Virus record (IMG/VR): IMGVR_UViG_3300032770_000002
Location: 1 to 64,000 of that record
Length of the DNA: 64,000 nucleotides
Strand: one strand, 5' to 3'
How positions within the stretch are numbered: the first letter of the stretch is position 1; every line of letters starts with the position of its first letter. Of the stretch, positions 63,330 through 64,000 are shown piece after piece. The notes under the pieces were generated by a model, which was given only the letters and a program-made list of their open reading frames with translations, had not been told where the DNA came from and ran no database searches. A program made the translations under genes and the position numbers.

Positions 63330-64000
63330 TCACGATTACCCACAGCGAGACGCTTGTTGGCCGCAAGCTGGCCGTTCAACTGGCCGCGACGGACGACGTT
63401 GTCCTATACACCAATGCCCTGGACGTCAGCATCTCGTGGGGCGACGGAACGGCCGTCCAGGTAATCTCAGGGTTTAGCCCATTTGAGTCGGCCGTTTACC
63501 ACACTTTTCAGGCCGACGGGCTCTACCTCATCCAAGTCACGGCCAAAAATCACCGCGCTCCAACCCCAGATGCCTCAACAGTCAGCATTCCACTGACCAT
63601 TCGAACGCGCCCGCCCATTCAGCTGTCCACGCAGGTTTCAAATGGGTTCATCTTTGGCCCAATCATTCCACTTCAGCGTCGATTTCCAAATCAAGACCAG
63701 TGGTGTTTCAACATTGGCAGTGACTTGCAGGTGCTTGAGTCAAATGTGACGCTCCTGGCCTTGACGTCATACGGTGAGCGCTTGATGAACCCGACATACG
63801 GGACGGGGTTGCGCCAGCTTATTTTTGAAAAGGACCTGCAGTTTGTCGAGACTGTCGGCAAGGAGCAGCTAAGCATTGCCGTCAATCAATTCGAGCCTCG
63901 AGTCAACGTCGAGTCCGTCACGGTCAAGAGCCTCAGCGACACGTCGGCCATGATCACGCTGCAGATTTCCCCGAAGGACAATCTTGGCCAAGCAATCGAG
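63326..64000 (+). CDS. PKD-like domain fused to gp25 baseplate wedge protein (3' truncated)
   Basis: Not in the track; ATGA overlap with the portal gene. ISWGDG...HTFQADGLYLIQVTAKN (PKD), then GERLMNPTYGTGLRQLIFE...FEPRVNV (gp25). Confidence 0.82.
   Translation, partial: MITITHSETLVGRKLAVQLAATDDVVLYTNALDVSISWGDGTAVQVISGFSPFESAVYHTFQADGLYLIQVTAKNHRAPTPDASTVSIPLTIRTRPPIQLSTQVSNGFIFGPIIPLQRRFPNQDQWCFNIGSDLQVLESNVTLLALTSYGERLMNPTYGTGLRQLIFEKDLQFVETVGKEQLSIAVNQFEPRVNVESVTVKSLSDTSAMITLQISPKDNLGQAIE

Noticed and set aside
1-64000. Alternative genetic code (stop-codon reassignment)
   Set aside because: Conserved genes are full length in code 11, and TAA, TAG and TGA all end genes.

Overview
This window is a 64-kb slice of a large T4-superfamily-like (jumbo) myovirus genome in the standard genetic code. 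It carries head genes (portal, gp21 protease fused to a scaffold, gp23-like major capsid), contractile-tail genes (sheath, two tube-like proteins, tape measure, hub, Vgr/gp5 spike, gp6 and gp25 wedge, gp26-like chaperone) and replication/recombination genes (RecA/UvsX, gp32-like SSB, UvsY-like, SbcC/SbcD, primase, 5'-3' exonuclease, ThyA). These modules are interleaved on both strands. The best candidate for a new system is a cytosine-hypermodification pathway. It is an operon of dNMP kinase, a T4 gp42-like dCMP-modifying enzyme with three unusual active-site substitutions, and a NodU/CmcH carbamoyltransferase. Elsewhere lie a Nudix hydrolase, three glycosyltransferase genes and a methyltransferase-like ORF. 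Other highlights: a probable +1/-2 programmed frameshift at TTTTTTCGT in the gp26-like gene; two adjacent sigma-like factors (one with a Mor-like domain) plus three classes of upstream motifs; an RHH regulator behind a triple GTTTAC repeat; a four-way-junction RNA candidate; a WGR-amidoligase fusion with a class II glutamine amidotransferase; a tandem GroES; a PKD-gp25 fusion; and four HNH endonucleases. All assignments come from motif recognition by eye and from memory; no database searches were run.
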